Virus record (IMG/VR): IMGVR_UViG_3300032009_000018
Coordinates: 1-24,358 of that record
Length of the DNA stretch: 24,358 nucleotides
Reading direction: 5' to 3' (one strand)
Source of the DNA: a virus
Taxonomy: Duplodnaviria; Caudoviricetes
Part shown: piece after piece, positions 7,263 to 15,702 of the stretch
How the letters are laid out: every line of letters begins with the position of its first letter
Position numbering within the stretch: the first letter of the stretch is position 1
Notes under the pieces: model-generated
Told to the model about the DNA's origin: nothing
Database searches by the model: none
What the model saw: only the letters and a program-made list of their open reading frames with translations
Program-made: the position numbers and the translations under genes

Positions 7263-8599
7263 CAGATACCTTTCATGAGGTTCTGAAGGTTTTGAGCCTT
7301 CTTGGCAATCTCGGGGGCGTGGCTACCAAGAGACTTCAGCAGATCATTCAACTCTGCGGTATCTCCGTTCTTCTTGGCGTTGTAGATCTGCATGACAGTC
7401 GGGTCGAAGTTCTGCGCCCAGGCCTGGTCAAACTTGCGCTTTATGAAAATGTCTTGCTGGGGATTGTTGGCAATCGACTGCTCAAGACCCTTCTGATATA
7501 TCTCTGCACCGGTCAGAATCGCATCGTTGAGCTTGATGCTCTTCTTGATCGCAGTGGGGTTGCGTTCAACACTGGCGTTCTGCTTCATCTGAGCATTCAA
7601 AGCGGTAGCAGTGTCATTGCCCATGCTTTGGGCCGCACGGGTCGCCGCCTGAGTCGTGTACTTGTCGATCAGATCATAGGCAGAAGCAGCCCGTTCAGCA
7701 TCGTTATTGCCGGTGAGCGAAAGCCCCAACATACCGGCCAAGCTCTGTCCGCGAGCAATGATGCCACTATATTGACCGGTAGTCGCCTTGTTCAGTTCAT
7801 CTAGGATTTCACCATTGAGCTTGTGGATCGTAGGGGCCTGATTGACTGTCTGACGCCCAGCATCACGTTCTACATTGAGCTGCTTGTAGGTATCAGGATT
7901 CTCTCCAGGAGGATATTGGAGCGGCCCAGATTGTTGCGGAGCTGGGGCCGCTTGGAGCGGTGCCTGTTGCACAGTGCCGAATTGATCGCGCTGGATGACC
8001 GTAGGATTGCCACTTGGCGTAACTCCTCCAACCTGCTGTTGTGCGGCGGCAGGAATGAGGTTTTGAGCAGCTTGCGCGCCAGCGGGAAGTCCTTGTTGAA
8101 CAATCGTCGCAAGCTGGCTACGCACGGCACTAGGGTTAGTCTTAGCGAGTTGGATCAATGCAGATGTATTGGCTTCAGCAAGACTTTTTGGAACTCCAGA
8201 GTCAATCATTGACTGGCGCGCGTCAGCAAGCTTTTCAATGATCTTTTCTGGCTCCTTTCCAGAAACTATATCTGGATCTTGAATGAGGCCGCCCGCAATC
8301 TGACGGCCTAGCTGGGCTTGTTCTCCAGTCAGATGAAAGCGTGCAGAATCAGCAGCCGTCTGAGCACTGGAAGTAACAGCCTTTTGTTGTTGGATCAACG
8401 GCTGTTCTGTTCCTTCTGCGACATTTGCGCCCGCTTGAGCCGTGCGAGACTCAGCCTTGCTGCGCGCAATGTCACTGAGCAATGTCTCATTGCTGCGCTC
8501 AAGTTGGTTTCTTTTCAGACCAAGATCCAGGAAACCAGAGATGAGATTTGTCGGGTTGGGGACTTGCGTTTGAAGCGCGATGCTCGGATCAACAGCCAT
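7262..8599 (-). CDS. DNA ejection protein, P22 gp20 position
   Basis: GGAG upstream of ATG 8599 (MAVDPSIALQ); 445 aa, Gln/Ala-rich helical; middle ejection gene. Confidence 0.72.
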   Translation of the reverse strand: MAVDPSIALQTQVPNPTNLISGFLDLGLKRNQLERSNETLLSDIARSKAESRTAQAGANVAEGTEQPLIQQQKAVTSSAQTAADSARFHLTGEQAQLGRQIAGGLIQDPDIVSGKEPEKIIEKLADARQSMIDSGVPKSLAEANTSALIQLAKTNPSAVRSQLATIVQQGLPAGAQAAQNLIPAAAQQQVGGVTPSGNPTVIQRDQFGTVQQAPLQAAPAPQQSGPLQYPPGENPDTYKQLNVERDAGRQTVNQAPTIHKLNGEILDELNKATTGQYSGIIARGQSLAGMLGLSLTGNNDAERAASAYDLIDKYTTQAATRAAQSMGNDTATALNAQMKQNASVERNPTAIKKSIKLNDAILTGAEIYQKGLEQSIANNPQQDIFIKRKFDQAWAQNFDPTVMQIYNAKKNGDTAELNDLLKSLGSHAPEIAKKAQNLQNLMKGI

Positions 8600-8600
8600 C

Positions 8601-9296
8601 TTAGTCTCCCGTCCCACCGGTGCCACTACCAAATCCGCCACCAGAGCCCCATTGCGGGAATGGATTGGTGGATCGAGCCGAGTTCAAATAATTCCAGCCA
8701 AGATAGTTGCCAATGCCATTGCTAGCTGCATTTGCCGCACCAACAGTTCCTGCTGCGCTGGCAGCCGCTCCGGAAGTAAGATAGTTTCCTGCAGCATTAG
8801 CAGCTGCGGTACCTGCTTGAGCGGTTGTTTGATTGGCCGTTGATCCAAGACCTGCAATAGTGCTCAAGCGATTGAAAATGTTTGTCTGCTGGGCGTTGTA
8901 ATTGTTGAATGCCTGTTGATAGGCATCACCAGCGGCGTTCTGTGTGTATTCCTGCAATCCCGCAAGCGCATTGCCACTAACAAGACCATTAGAAACTCCT
9001 GCGGCATTCTGATTTGCCGCTTGTCCTTGGGCCAGTCTCCATGCATAGTTCGGAGCTAGATTCGTCTTCAGATCATTGGCATCAAACTGATGCGTGAACT
9101 GAGGCTGCATTCCAGCGATAGTTGAGAGTGCATTTGCACCCGCTTGCCGCCATGGAGCCTGATCAGCGCGTGTTTGCTGATACTGATCTCGCTGAAGGTT
9201 GGCCGCATTCTCTGCAGCCCCGGCTTGCTTATTGCCAGCATAGATTGACGCACCAGCGCCAATTACAGCTCCACCGATAACTGCTGCGGCTACCAT
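8601..9296 (-). CDS. DNA ejection protein, P22 gp7-like
   Basis: ATG 9296; hydrophobic N terminus MVAAAVIGGAVIGAGASIY, QAPWRQAGANAL, PNYAWRLAQG, GLVSGNALAGL motifs. Confidence 0.85.
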   Translation of the reverse strand: MVAAAVIGGAVIGAGASIYAGNKQAGAAENAANLQRDQYQQTRADQAPWRQAGANALSTIAGMQPQFTHQFDANDLKTNLAPNYAWRLAQGQAANQNAAGVSNGLVSGNALAGLQEYTQNAAGDAYQQAFNNYNAQQTNIFNRLSTIAGLGSTANQTTAQAGTAAANAAGNYLTSGAAASAAGTVGAANAASNGIGNYLGWNYLNSARSTNPFPQWGSGGGFGSGTGGTGD

Positions 9297-9297
9297 T

Positions 9298-9762
9298 TCA
9301 ATCCCCCAACCACATAGAGTGATAGGTTTCAACCTTCTCGAAACCAAGTGCTTCGAAAAGCGCCGTCGCATGCACCTTCGCATGCTCTTTGTTGCCGACG
9401 AACCAACGCTTTACGCCGCGCCGGATTGCCTCTGCTTTAACGGCAGAAAAGAGTGTCATGCCACCTTTCGAGCCCCGATGTTCAGGAACGATATAGAAGA
9501 TATCCATCGTCAGAGTCAGACATGTTCTGTAATGAAGGCCAGGTGCAACGAATCCGATGAAATACCCAACCAACTCACCTTGAGAGCGAAGAACCATGAA
9601 CAGCAAAGAACCTTGGCGCTCACGCTCGATGTAGACCTCATATTGAGGATCTAATGGCACTTTATCTTTATCTAGAGCAAGTTCCTCCCAGTGAAGAGGA
9701 AGCAATGGCTTCAACTCCTCTAGCCGCTCTTCAAAGCTTTCGAGATGGGCAGTAAGAGTCAT
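9298..9762 (-). CDS. GNAT-fold N-acyltransferase (P22 gene 14 position)
   Basis: ATG 9762 overlaps the upstream stop (ATGA); GELVGY strand, acyl-CoA motif DIFYIVPEHRGSKGGMTLF and ALFEALGF. Confidence 0.85.
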   Translation of the reverse strand: MTLTAHLESFEERLEELKPLLPLHWEELALDKDKVPLDPQYEVYIERERQGSLLFMVLRSQGELVGYFIGFVAPGLHYRTCLTLTMDIFYIVPEHRGSKGGMTLFSAVKAEAIRRGVKRWFVGNKEHAKVHATALFEALGFEKVETYHSMWLGD

Positions 9763-10328
9763 TGTGAGCACCTGATATCAACGATCATATGAATGCGATC
9801 GCCAGCAGAATTGTTTGTTACAGAGTGTTCATTGGCGTTCTGGAACCACCAGACCGTTCCTTGCGGCATGTAGACATGCTCATCTTCACAACGGAAATCA
9901 ACACCTGGATAGCTCTCTAGAACAACGTGGAAGCGATCCCAATAGTTTGCATGTGTTGGTGTATCGGCATGAGGATAGATGCGACCGCCAGGCTTGATCT
10001 TGTTGATCATCACCCGTCCCAGGCGCTCGCCACCAACATAAGCCATGAGGTTCATGACGATAGGCCGAGCTTCCACAAGGATCTTGTATGCAGGCTGATC
10101 AACATTTTCATGCTGATCGATATGAACATCATGGGCTTTGAGTGCCTCTTCTGTTTCATGCACGGAACGAGGCGGGAAGCGAAGCATGATGGATTCAATC
10201 TCTCCGAATGGCCCCTGAGGGTAATCGCGGAGATATGTGTCTTCCTTCCACAACTCAGGGCGTCGCTGAATAGCCAACATCAGCGGTGTGACATCAAGTC
10301 CCTGAGAGATGCGACGGAAGTTTTTCAT
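9759..10328 (-). CDS. Aspartyl/asparaginyl beta-hydroxylase family 2OG-Fe(II) dioxygenase
   Basis: RVMINKIKPGGRIYPHAD (HxD), RFHVVL, GTVWWFQNANEHSVTN (distal His) and DRIHMIVD (2OG-binding Arg). Confidence 0.9.
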   Translation of the reverse strand: MKNFRRISQGLDVTPLMLAIQRRPELWKEDTYLRDYPQGPFGEIESIMLRFPPRSVHETEEALKAHDVHIDQHENVDQPAYKILVEARPIVMNLMAYVGGERLGRVMINKIKPGGRIYPHADTPTHANYWDRFHVVLESYPGVDFRCEDEHVYMPQGTVWWFQNANEHSVTNNSAGDRIHMIVDIRCSQ

Positions 10329-10331
10329 ATT

Positions 10332-11042
10332 CTAGGGGGCCAAAATGCCATTGGCGATAAGAGCAGACCTGATTGTATTCAGAAGTGCCACGATTCGGTC
10401 AGCTTGTGCCGCTGTTGTATAGCCAAATGGAGTAACGTTGGTAGAAGCTGTAGTAGCCACAGCGGCACCCGCACTAACCGCCGTCTGAGCAGATTGACCA
10501 TTGCACCCAAAAGCACCAACAGAAGTTACTGTAGCTCCGGTGAGTGCAACGCTAGCAGTGATATTAGTTCCAGAAATAGGCCCAGCGATATTCGCACTAG
10601 GGGCTGTGATCGCTCCACCAGCGGCAAATGCACCTGGAGATCCTGTGATGGGCTGTGAGGTGACCAGCGTTGAACGGCCTTTTCCATCGACCGTAACGGA
10701 CACTGTATGAGTGCCATCTCCGTATGTGCCTGGAGAACTGTTTACAGTCGATAGCGCTGTTACGATTGCCCCTGCTGCAGCCGTGACATCGCCAGTCAGC
10801 CCCGGAAATGCGGAAGGCGGAAGATATTGAGCAGAGTTGTAAGCCGATCCGTTACCAACCAAGATGTAGTTGGCGATTGGATCTGTAGCTTGTCCCAAAC
10901 CACCGTATTCAACCCCAAGCGCCTCTTCAAACTTGATTGATAGAAACGTAGGATTTTGAAGCCATAGTTGCCATTCTCTACTCAAATAGAGTGTCTGAGC
11001 ATCTACAAACGGAGATTGAGGGAAGGCGATGTTGCTTGACAT
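10332..11042 (-). CDS. Tail needle / short fibre protein (P22 gp26 position)
   Basis: Follows the gp10-like gene; LSREWQLWL N terminus, fibre motif GTYG...TVDGKGR, C-terminal amphipathic LLNTIRSALIANGIL. Confidence 0.65.
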   Translation of the reverse strand: MSSNIAFPQSPFVDAQTLYLSREWQLWLQNPTFLSIKFEEALGVEYGGLGQATDPIANYILVGNGSAYNSAQYLPPSAFPGLTGDVTAAAGAIVTALSTVNSSPGTYGDGTHTVSVTVDGKGRSTLVTSQPITGSPGAFAAGGAITAPSANIAGPISGTNITASVALTGATVTSVGAFGCNGQSAQTAVSAGAAVATTASTNVTPFGYTTAAQADRIVALLNTIRSALIANGILAP

Positions 11043-12475
11043 CAGTTGCTCCCAGCGCTGGCAACCAAGTTAGCAGACACGATAACAGCCTTGATCGGAT
11101 CGGTGACAACCACTTCATAGACACGATCACGGGCATACCCAAGACGCCTCCAGATTACGCGATCACGGTAAGCTCCTGCTTTGCCAATGGAGTTCCAGCG
11201 TTCGTTTCCATAGGTATTGCCACCATCATTGGACATCCGCATCATCACCTGAGGGTCTGAGCCCTGACCAGAGACAATGCCAATGCCAGGCTGGAACTGG
11301 AGCTGAAGACGGGTGAAGAAAACTTGGTTCATGTCAGAGACGACATGGGGAGTTCTGCGGAGACGGCGGATTGTTTGACCGTCATCCGTATAGACAGTAT
11401 TGGAGACTTGGTAGATCTTCCCATTCTCCCAATCACCTACAAGCACTTGGCCTTGAAAAACGGCGCAGCAATTGGCTCGATGTCGATGATAGACATTGAA
11501 CTCATCCACCCATCTCCACTTATGCCAATATTGTGTTGATAGGTCATAGACCCAAGTCTTATCAGCAGTTGGGAATGTGAGCACATACATTTCGTGCCCC
11601 TCAATCTGATAGGTGAACCCAATTGCATCAGCGATGTAATCATCCTTGATGTCATTGGTCACTGCATGGGTGCTGATCTGGGTTGGGTTATACCCATCCA
11701 TATAGACGACGATACCTTGCCCACGATCATCTCTAGAAAGATAAGCAAAAGAATTGCCAAGCCTAGAAATAGAAGCGGCGGAAGCGCATCCATGCTGGAA
11801 AGAAGTTCCAGGAATCCGTTGGAATGGGAAAGGGAAAAGACCAGCATTGATCCAAACTTCACCCGTTACTTCTCCAAGCAAATAGATCTGACGAGAAGTT
11901 ACGAACGGAGCAACCAAATTGTCTGGTGCGCCATCCTTGGAAGAGAAGCTCAATGCGGGAGAACTGACAGATAGTGCAGATGTAGCGCCCCATTGTTGAG
12001 TACCAGGACGAGGATAGATGATGAAGTTATCAACGATGTCACTGCGACCGCCACCATTGAATGCGCCATCTGTCACAGGGACAATAGAGAAGACATTCCC
12101 AGTAAACGTATACGAATATCTGTTCGTGCCATCACAGAAATACGCAGCAATCCCGTTGGTTGTGATGTTTACTGGACCAGAAGAACTGAGAAGATTACCT
12201 CTCAGCGTTGCGGTGAATGTTGAGTCAATGCTGTAGAAGCCCGCTCCAACAATTGCTAGAAGCGTAGCTCCTCCAGGCAGCGTATACAACCCTCTGACCT
12301 CTGCTACTTGTGGTTGAAGTTTGGCTGTCAGACCAGGCGTTGGGTAGAGCGCAATAACACCTCGATCTTGCGGACCTTTGGTACGATCAATCTCACAATA
12401 CCAATTGATAAGCTCCTGCGTGTCCTGTGTCAGGGATGGAGCTTCGTAAGCCGGTCCGACGAATCCGAAATCCAT
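11042..12475 (-). CDS. Tail hub / packaged DNA stabilization protein, P22 gp10-like
   Basis: 477 aa; FVGPAY, INWY, LYPTPGL, YQIEGHEMYVLTFPTADKTWVYD, SNDGGNTY, WRRLG motifs. Confidence 0.9.
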   Translation of the reverse strand: MDFGFVGPAYEAPSLTQDTQELINWYCEIDRTKGPQDRGVIALYPTPGLTAKLQPQVAEVRGLYTLPGGATLLAIVGAGFYSIDSTFTATLRGNLLSSSGPVNITTNGIAAYFCDGTNRYSYTFTGNVFSIVPVTDGAFNGGGRSDIVDNFIIYPRPGTQQWGATSALSVSSPALSFSSKDGAPDNLVAPFVTSRQIYLLGEVTGEVWINAGLFPFPFQRIPGTSFQHGCASAASISRLGNSFAYLSRDDRGQGIVVYMDGYNPTQISTHAVTNDIKDDYIADAIGFTYQIEGHEMYVLTFPTADKTWVYDLSTQYWHKWRWVDEFNVYHRHRANCCAVFQGQVLVGDWENGKIYQVSNTVYTDDGQTIRRLRRTPHVVSDMNQVFFTRLQLQFQPGIGIVSGQGSDPQVMMRMSNDGGNTYGNERWNSIGKAGAYRDRVIWRRLGYARDRVYEVVVTDPIKAVIVSANLVASAGSN

Positions 12476-12494
12476 TTTCTATGGCTTTCAAATG

Positions 12495-13436
12495 CTACCG
12501 AATACTACCGTATCCAGCTGTCAAGATCCAGCCTGCATCCTGGACTTGTCCATTCATCAATGCCGAATCTAGCGTCACCGTCTGCTGCGGCTGCATGTTG
12601 GTTCTCTTTATGAGGGCCCGACCTTCAGCTGCATACTTCATGATCTGCTGGACTTGATCGCCTTGAGCAGAACCATATTCAGGCATCAAAAGCTCAGCAA
12701 GACCATAGCGGAGAGCTAGGTTGTAACCCTGGGGGAGATTGATCTGATCGGAGAGGTTCGTGAATCCAGCCAGAACCGTATCCACATAGAGGTGCATCTC
12801 TCCACCGCTTGGAACGGGCCAATAAGTAATGTTCCCCAACTGCATGGAAGGCTGATACCAGACACAACGCGGCCATGGGCCTCCGAGATTCTTCAAACCG
12901 ATCCGCGCGTAGTCCTCTTGGGAAGCAATGGCTACTTGATAGTCAATACCAGAGACGCGAACGAATGCGCTATTGATGCGCAAAGGGCGCTGATAGAAAG
13001 CCCGCATCGATTGGATGGCGACCGTTTGAGGAATGTTGACGGTATATGTGCCAATTGCATCAGCAATAGCTCCAGCACCAGTATTGAATGCCGTGATCGT
13101 CGTTCCTGGAGCAGCGGGAGCGCCTAGAGTCTGTCCAAGAGCAATAGCTCCAGAAGAGATGGCTGTGACAGTCAACGTGGTTCCAGAGATAGAACCAGTG
13201 AACGTAGCTCCAACATCACCACCAGGGCCAACCGTGTACTGATAGACGTTGCTCGTGAGTTGGTGAACGATGTCAGTTTGGTAGTAGATCATCATCCGGG
13301 AATTGTTCCAGGATGCAATCATGTCGTTCAACGTCACCAGCGCATCATTGGCAGTAGGAGAGTCCGGAACTTCACCAGACTCCAATGCCCCAATGGCTCG
13401 GAGGGACGAGCTGATTAGTTCAAGGACAGAGGCCAT
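12495..13436 (-). CDS. Head-to-tail adaptor (P22 gp4-like) with inserted beta domain
   Basis: LRAIGALESGEVP...DALVTLNDMIASW and INLPQGYNLALRYGLAELLMPEYG; directly before the hub gene. Confidence 0.8.
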   Translation of the reverse strand: MASVLELISSSLRAIGALESGEVPDSPTANDALVTLNDMIASWNNSRMMIYYQTDIVHQLTSNVYQYTVGPGGDVGATFTGSISGTTLTVTAISSGAIALGQTLGAPAAPGTTITAFNTGAGAIADAIGTYTVNIPQTVAIQSMRAFYQRPLRINSAFVRVSGIDYQVAIASQEDYARIGLKNLGGPWPRCVWYQPSMQLGNITYWPVPSGGEMHLYVDTVLAGFTNLSDQINLPQGYNLALRYGLAELLMPEYGSAQGDQVQQIMKYAAEGRALIKRTNMQPQQTVTLDSALMNGQVQDAGWILTAGYGSIR

Positions 13437-13439
13437 GGA

Positions 13440-13772
13440 TCAAAGGCCATCGCCGGGCGTGATGTAGACCGTCGAAGTGCCAGTTCCTGCAATCGCAGAG
13501 AACCAAGTGTTCGGGGACTCGGTAACCGACTGGGCAGCATTCGGACCAAGCCAGTAGCCACGTTGCGGAGTTCCAGGAACTGGAATCACAGCAGTGACGC
13601 TATTGGTGGGACCCACTGCGACAAACACAGGCTGAGTCGTCGCATTGCTCAGGATGAAGTTGTTGCAGATCGGTTCACCATTGAAGGATAGCGCCTGGAC
13701 TGCGGTACTTGCCACCGTAGTGACTGCAACTGCCTGAGTATTACCCTCGGCGCGGAAAGCGGACCAACCCAT
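13440..13772 (-). CDS. Small beta-rich virion accessory protein, 110 aa
   Basis: AAGGAG RBS; Thr/Val/Ala-rich, ends VYITPGDGL; in the head-accessory cluster. Confidence 0.7.
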   Translation of the reverse strand: MGWSAFRAEGNTQAVAVTTVASTAVQALSFNGEPICNNFILSNATTQPVFVAVGPTNSVTAVIPVPGTPQRGYWLGPNAAQSVTESPNTWFSAIAGTGTSTVYITPGDGL

Positions 13773-13781
13773 GGTTTCTCC

Positions 13782-14537
13782 TTAGAACTGAACTTCTTGT
13801 TGAGCGGCGCGAATCGCAAATGTTGGCGAGCCAGAAACCGCAGAGGTTTCGAGGCGCAGCCAAGTACCCGCCTGAGACATGCCACTCAGATTGATGGAAC
13901 CCTTGATAGATTGACCAACAACAACTGCAAGAGTTGTCGGCTGGCCGTTAGATCCACTGATGATGTCTACTTGACCCGTAGAGCAACCGCTGTTTGTATA
14001 GCTGCGTGCAAAAACCGCTCCTTCAGGGGTTCCACCAAGAGTCACGGTCGTTGTGACATCGATGGCATATGAAAACAGCGCATCGCGCGTAGAGCTGATC
14101 TGGAAGCAGGTATTCAGCGTGCGGGAAGGTGTTGAAAAGCTCCGTGATGCAGTAGCAGGCGTTGGAACATTCAAGACACCAGTACCGCTGTTGTATGTAG
14201 CGGCCCCAGAACCTGTGGTGGTGAGGCTGATTGCGGAACGCGCGCCAGCCTGATCTACGGGCGTGTAGCCGAGAGCGGAAGTAATCTGTCCAGATGTAGG
14301 GGCAGCAACATCAAGAATACCGCTGTTGATCGTGAGTCCAGAACCAAACGTCAGCCAGCTCAGAGAGAGGTTCACATTGTCATAAGACAGTGCGCCCCAA
14401 TTGGTCGTTGGATGAGGCGGGATACGTTGAATGTTCCCAGTGTCCGTGCTGTTTCGCTGGCTCAAAAGCAAGTCGTCTGGACCAGCGCATGCAGCCGTAG
14501 AAACGGCAATGAGCGCGAGAGCGAGCAGGTTTTTCAT
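13782..14537 (-). CDS. Fibre-like protein with N-terminal signal peptide, 251 aa
   Basis: ATG 14537 overlaps the upstream stop (ATGA); MKNLLALALIAVSTAACA; fibre motifs GSGLTINSGIL, ITSALGYTP, AISLTTTGSGAATYNSGTGVLNVP. Confidence 0.7.
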   Translation of the reverse strand: MKNLLALALIAVSTAACAGPDDLLLSQRNSTDTGNIQRIPPHPTTNWGALSYDNVNLSLSWLTFGSGLTINSGILDVAAPTSGQITSALGYTPVDQAGARSAISLTTTGSGAATYNSGTGVLNVPTPATASRSFSTPSRTLNTCFQISSTRDALFSYAIDVTTTVTLGGTPEGAVFARSYTNSGCSTGQVDIISGSNGQPTTLAVVVGQSIKGSINLSGMSQAGTWLRLETSAVSGSPTFAIRAAQQEVQF

Positions 14538-14899
14538 GACACCCTCAGAATCCACGTATTGGCGGCAACCTTCTTGCAGGTAATCCACGCATTCGCTAGG
14601 GAATTCGTGACATTGCCAATGATGGTTGTCGCACCATTGATGGTCAGAGTCGTGATGGCCTGGCTGATCCAGATGTCGCGACTCTGATTGATTCGGCTTA
14701 CGCTCTCATCCGGAAGAGTGATCGTCAGCGAAGCCAAAGTACCAGCAGAGGTAATTGCGCATGCGCCGTCAAGATTGTTCTTGGTCAGAGTGATGGTCTG
14801 ACCTGTCGTGGGGCTGAATGCTTGATTAGCATCCAGCAGCGGAGCAATCGTTACTGCGTCCGCCGATGTAAGTGCCAGAGGCCCAGCGGCACGCAGCAT
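14534..14899 (-). CDS. Beta-rich virion accessory protein, 121 aa
   Basis: GAGGA RBS; SPTTGQTITL, AGTLASLTITLP, SQAITTLTING motifs. Confidence 0.7.
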   Translation of the reverse strand: MLRAAGPLALTSADAVTIAPLLDANQAFSPTTGQTITLTKNNLDGACAITSAGTLASLTITLPDESVSRINQSRDIWISQAITTLTINGATTIIGNVTNSLANAWITCKKVAANTWILRVS

Positions 14900-14907
14900 G
14901 ATTTTCC

Positions 14908-15234
14908 TCAGTAGGCGTTGTTTGGAAGCGGGAAGTTCTCGGCCCGGTCAACAGTAACAAGATAAGTTCCTGCCGCTGGCGTAGGAGTGCCAGCGGTAGA
15001 GTTACTGAAGACCACAACCATGGTGTTCGGTGCGGAGACATAAGCGTTGACGATGCCAACGCCAGCAGTCTGGGCAGCCGCAAGATTGATGGAAATCAGA
15101 TCATTGACCTGAAGACCTGGGACCGTGAAAGTCTGCGCCGTAGTGGTCGATGCCGTCAACGCTGTGGGCGTCAGAGAAACGCCCAGCAGCAGGTTGTACA
15201 GAACGTTCCCACGGCCGATAGTGGTGGACGGCAT
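14908..15234 (-). CDS. Probable capsid decoration protein, 108 aa
   Basis: AAGGAG RBS; QTFTVPGLQVND...VSAPNT beta-sandwich pattern; second gene after coat. Confidence 0.7.
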   Translation of the reverse strand: MPSTTIGRGNVLYNLLLGVSLTPTALTASTTTAQTFTVPGLQVNDLISINLAAAQTAGVGIVNAYVSAPNTMVVVFSNSTAGTPTPAAGTYLVTVDRAENFPLPNNAY

Positions 15235-15243
15235 TTCAGCTCC

Positions 15244-15681
15244 TTACGGCGAAGTCAGAGCCGAGGTGTCGTAGCCGTAGAGGTACAGGTCAACCGTACC
15301 GCCAGCGACAGTGACGCCAACGTTGACATATAGGTAGAAACCAGCAGTCGTGACGTTTGCCGCAGCAGCAGTGGCCGCACGAACATAGGCAAAAGCCTGG
15401 GTCGTTTGACCGGTCAGAGCCGCAGTCGTCAGGATGGCTGTACCACCCTGTGCAGGCGCGGTATAGATGCCTACCGTTGCCGTCGCCATGGTGACGTTGG
15501 CATTGGTGGTCACAACCGTGGTCGGGACAAAACTGGTCGTCGGGCCAATGATGGGGATTGCCACATCACCAGCCTGATTAACAGAAAGGCCCTTGGCGAA
15601 TGCGATCAGACGCAGGCACTGTTGGGTGGTGACGGACTGCGCATTCGCAGTGACGGTAGTAGACGGTCCGGGATTCGGCAT
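15244..15681 (-). CDS. Probable capsid decoration/cement protein, 145 aa
   Basis: AAGGAG RBS; immediately after coat; Thr/Ala/Val-rich, GIYTAPAQGGTAI, TVDLYLYGY. Confidence 0.72.
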   Translation of the reverse strand: MPNPGPSTTVTANAQSVTTQQCLRLIAFAKGLSVNQAGDVAIPIIGPTTSFVPTTVVTTNANVTMATATVGIYTAPAQGGTAILTTAALTGQTTQAFAYVRAATAAAANVTTAGFYLYVNVGVTVAGGTVDLYLYGYDTSALTSP

Positions 15682-15702
15682 GATGTTCTCCTTGTCCTTT
15701 CG

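Noticed and set aside
5295-8843. Long plus-strand ORFs such as 5646..6341 and 7292..7804
   Set aside because: Antisense shadows of ejection genes with no recognisable motifs.
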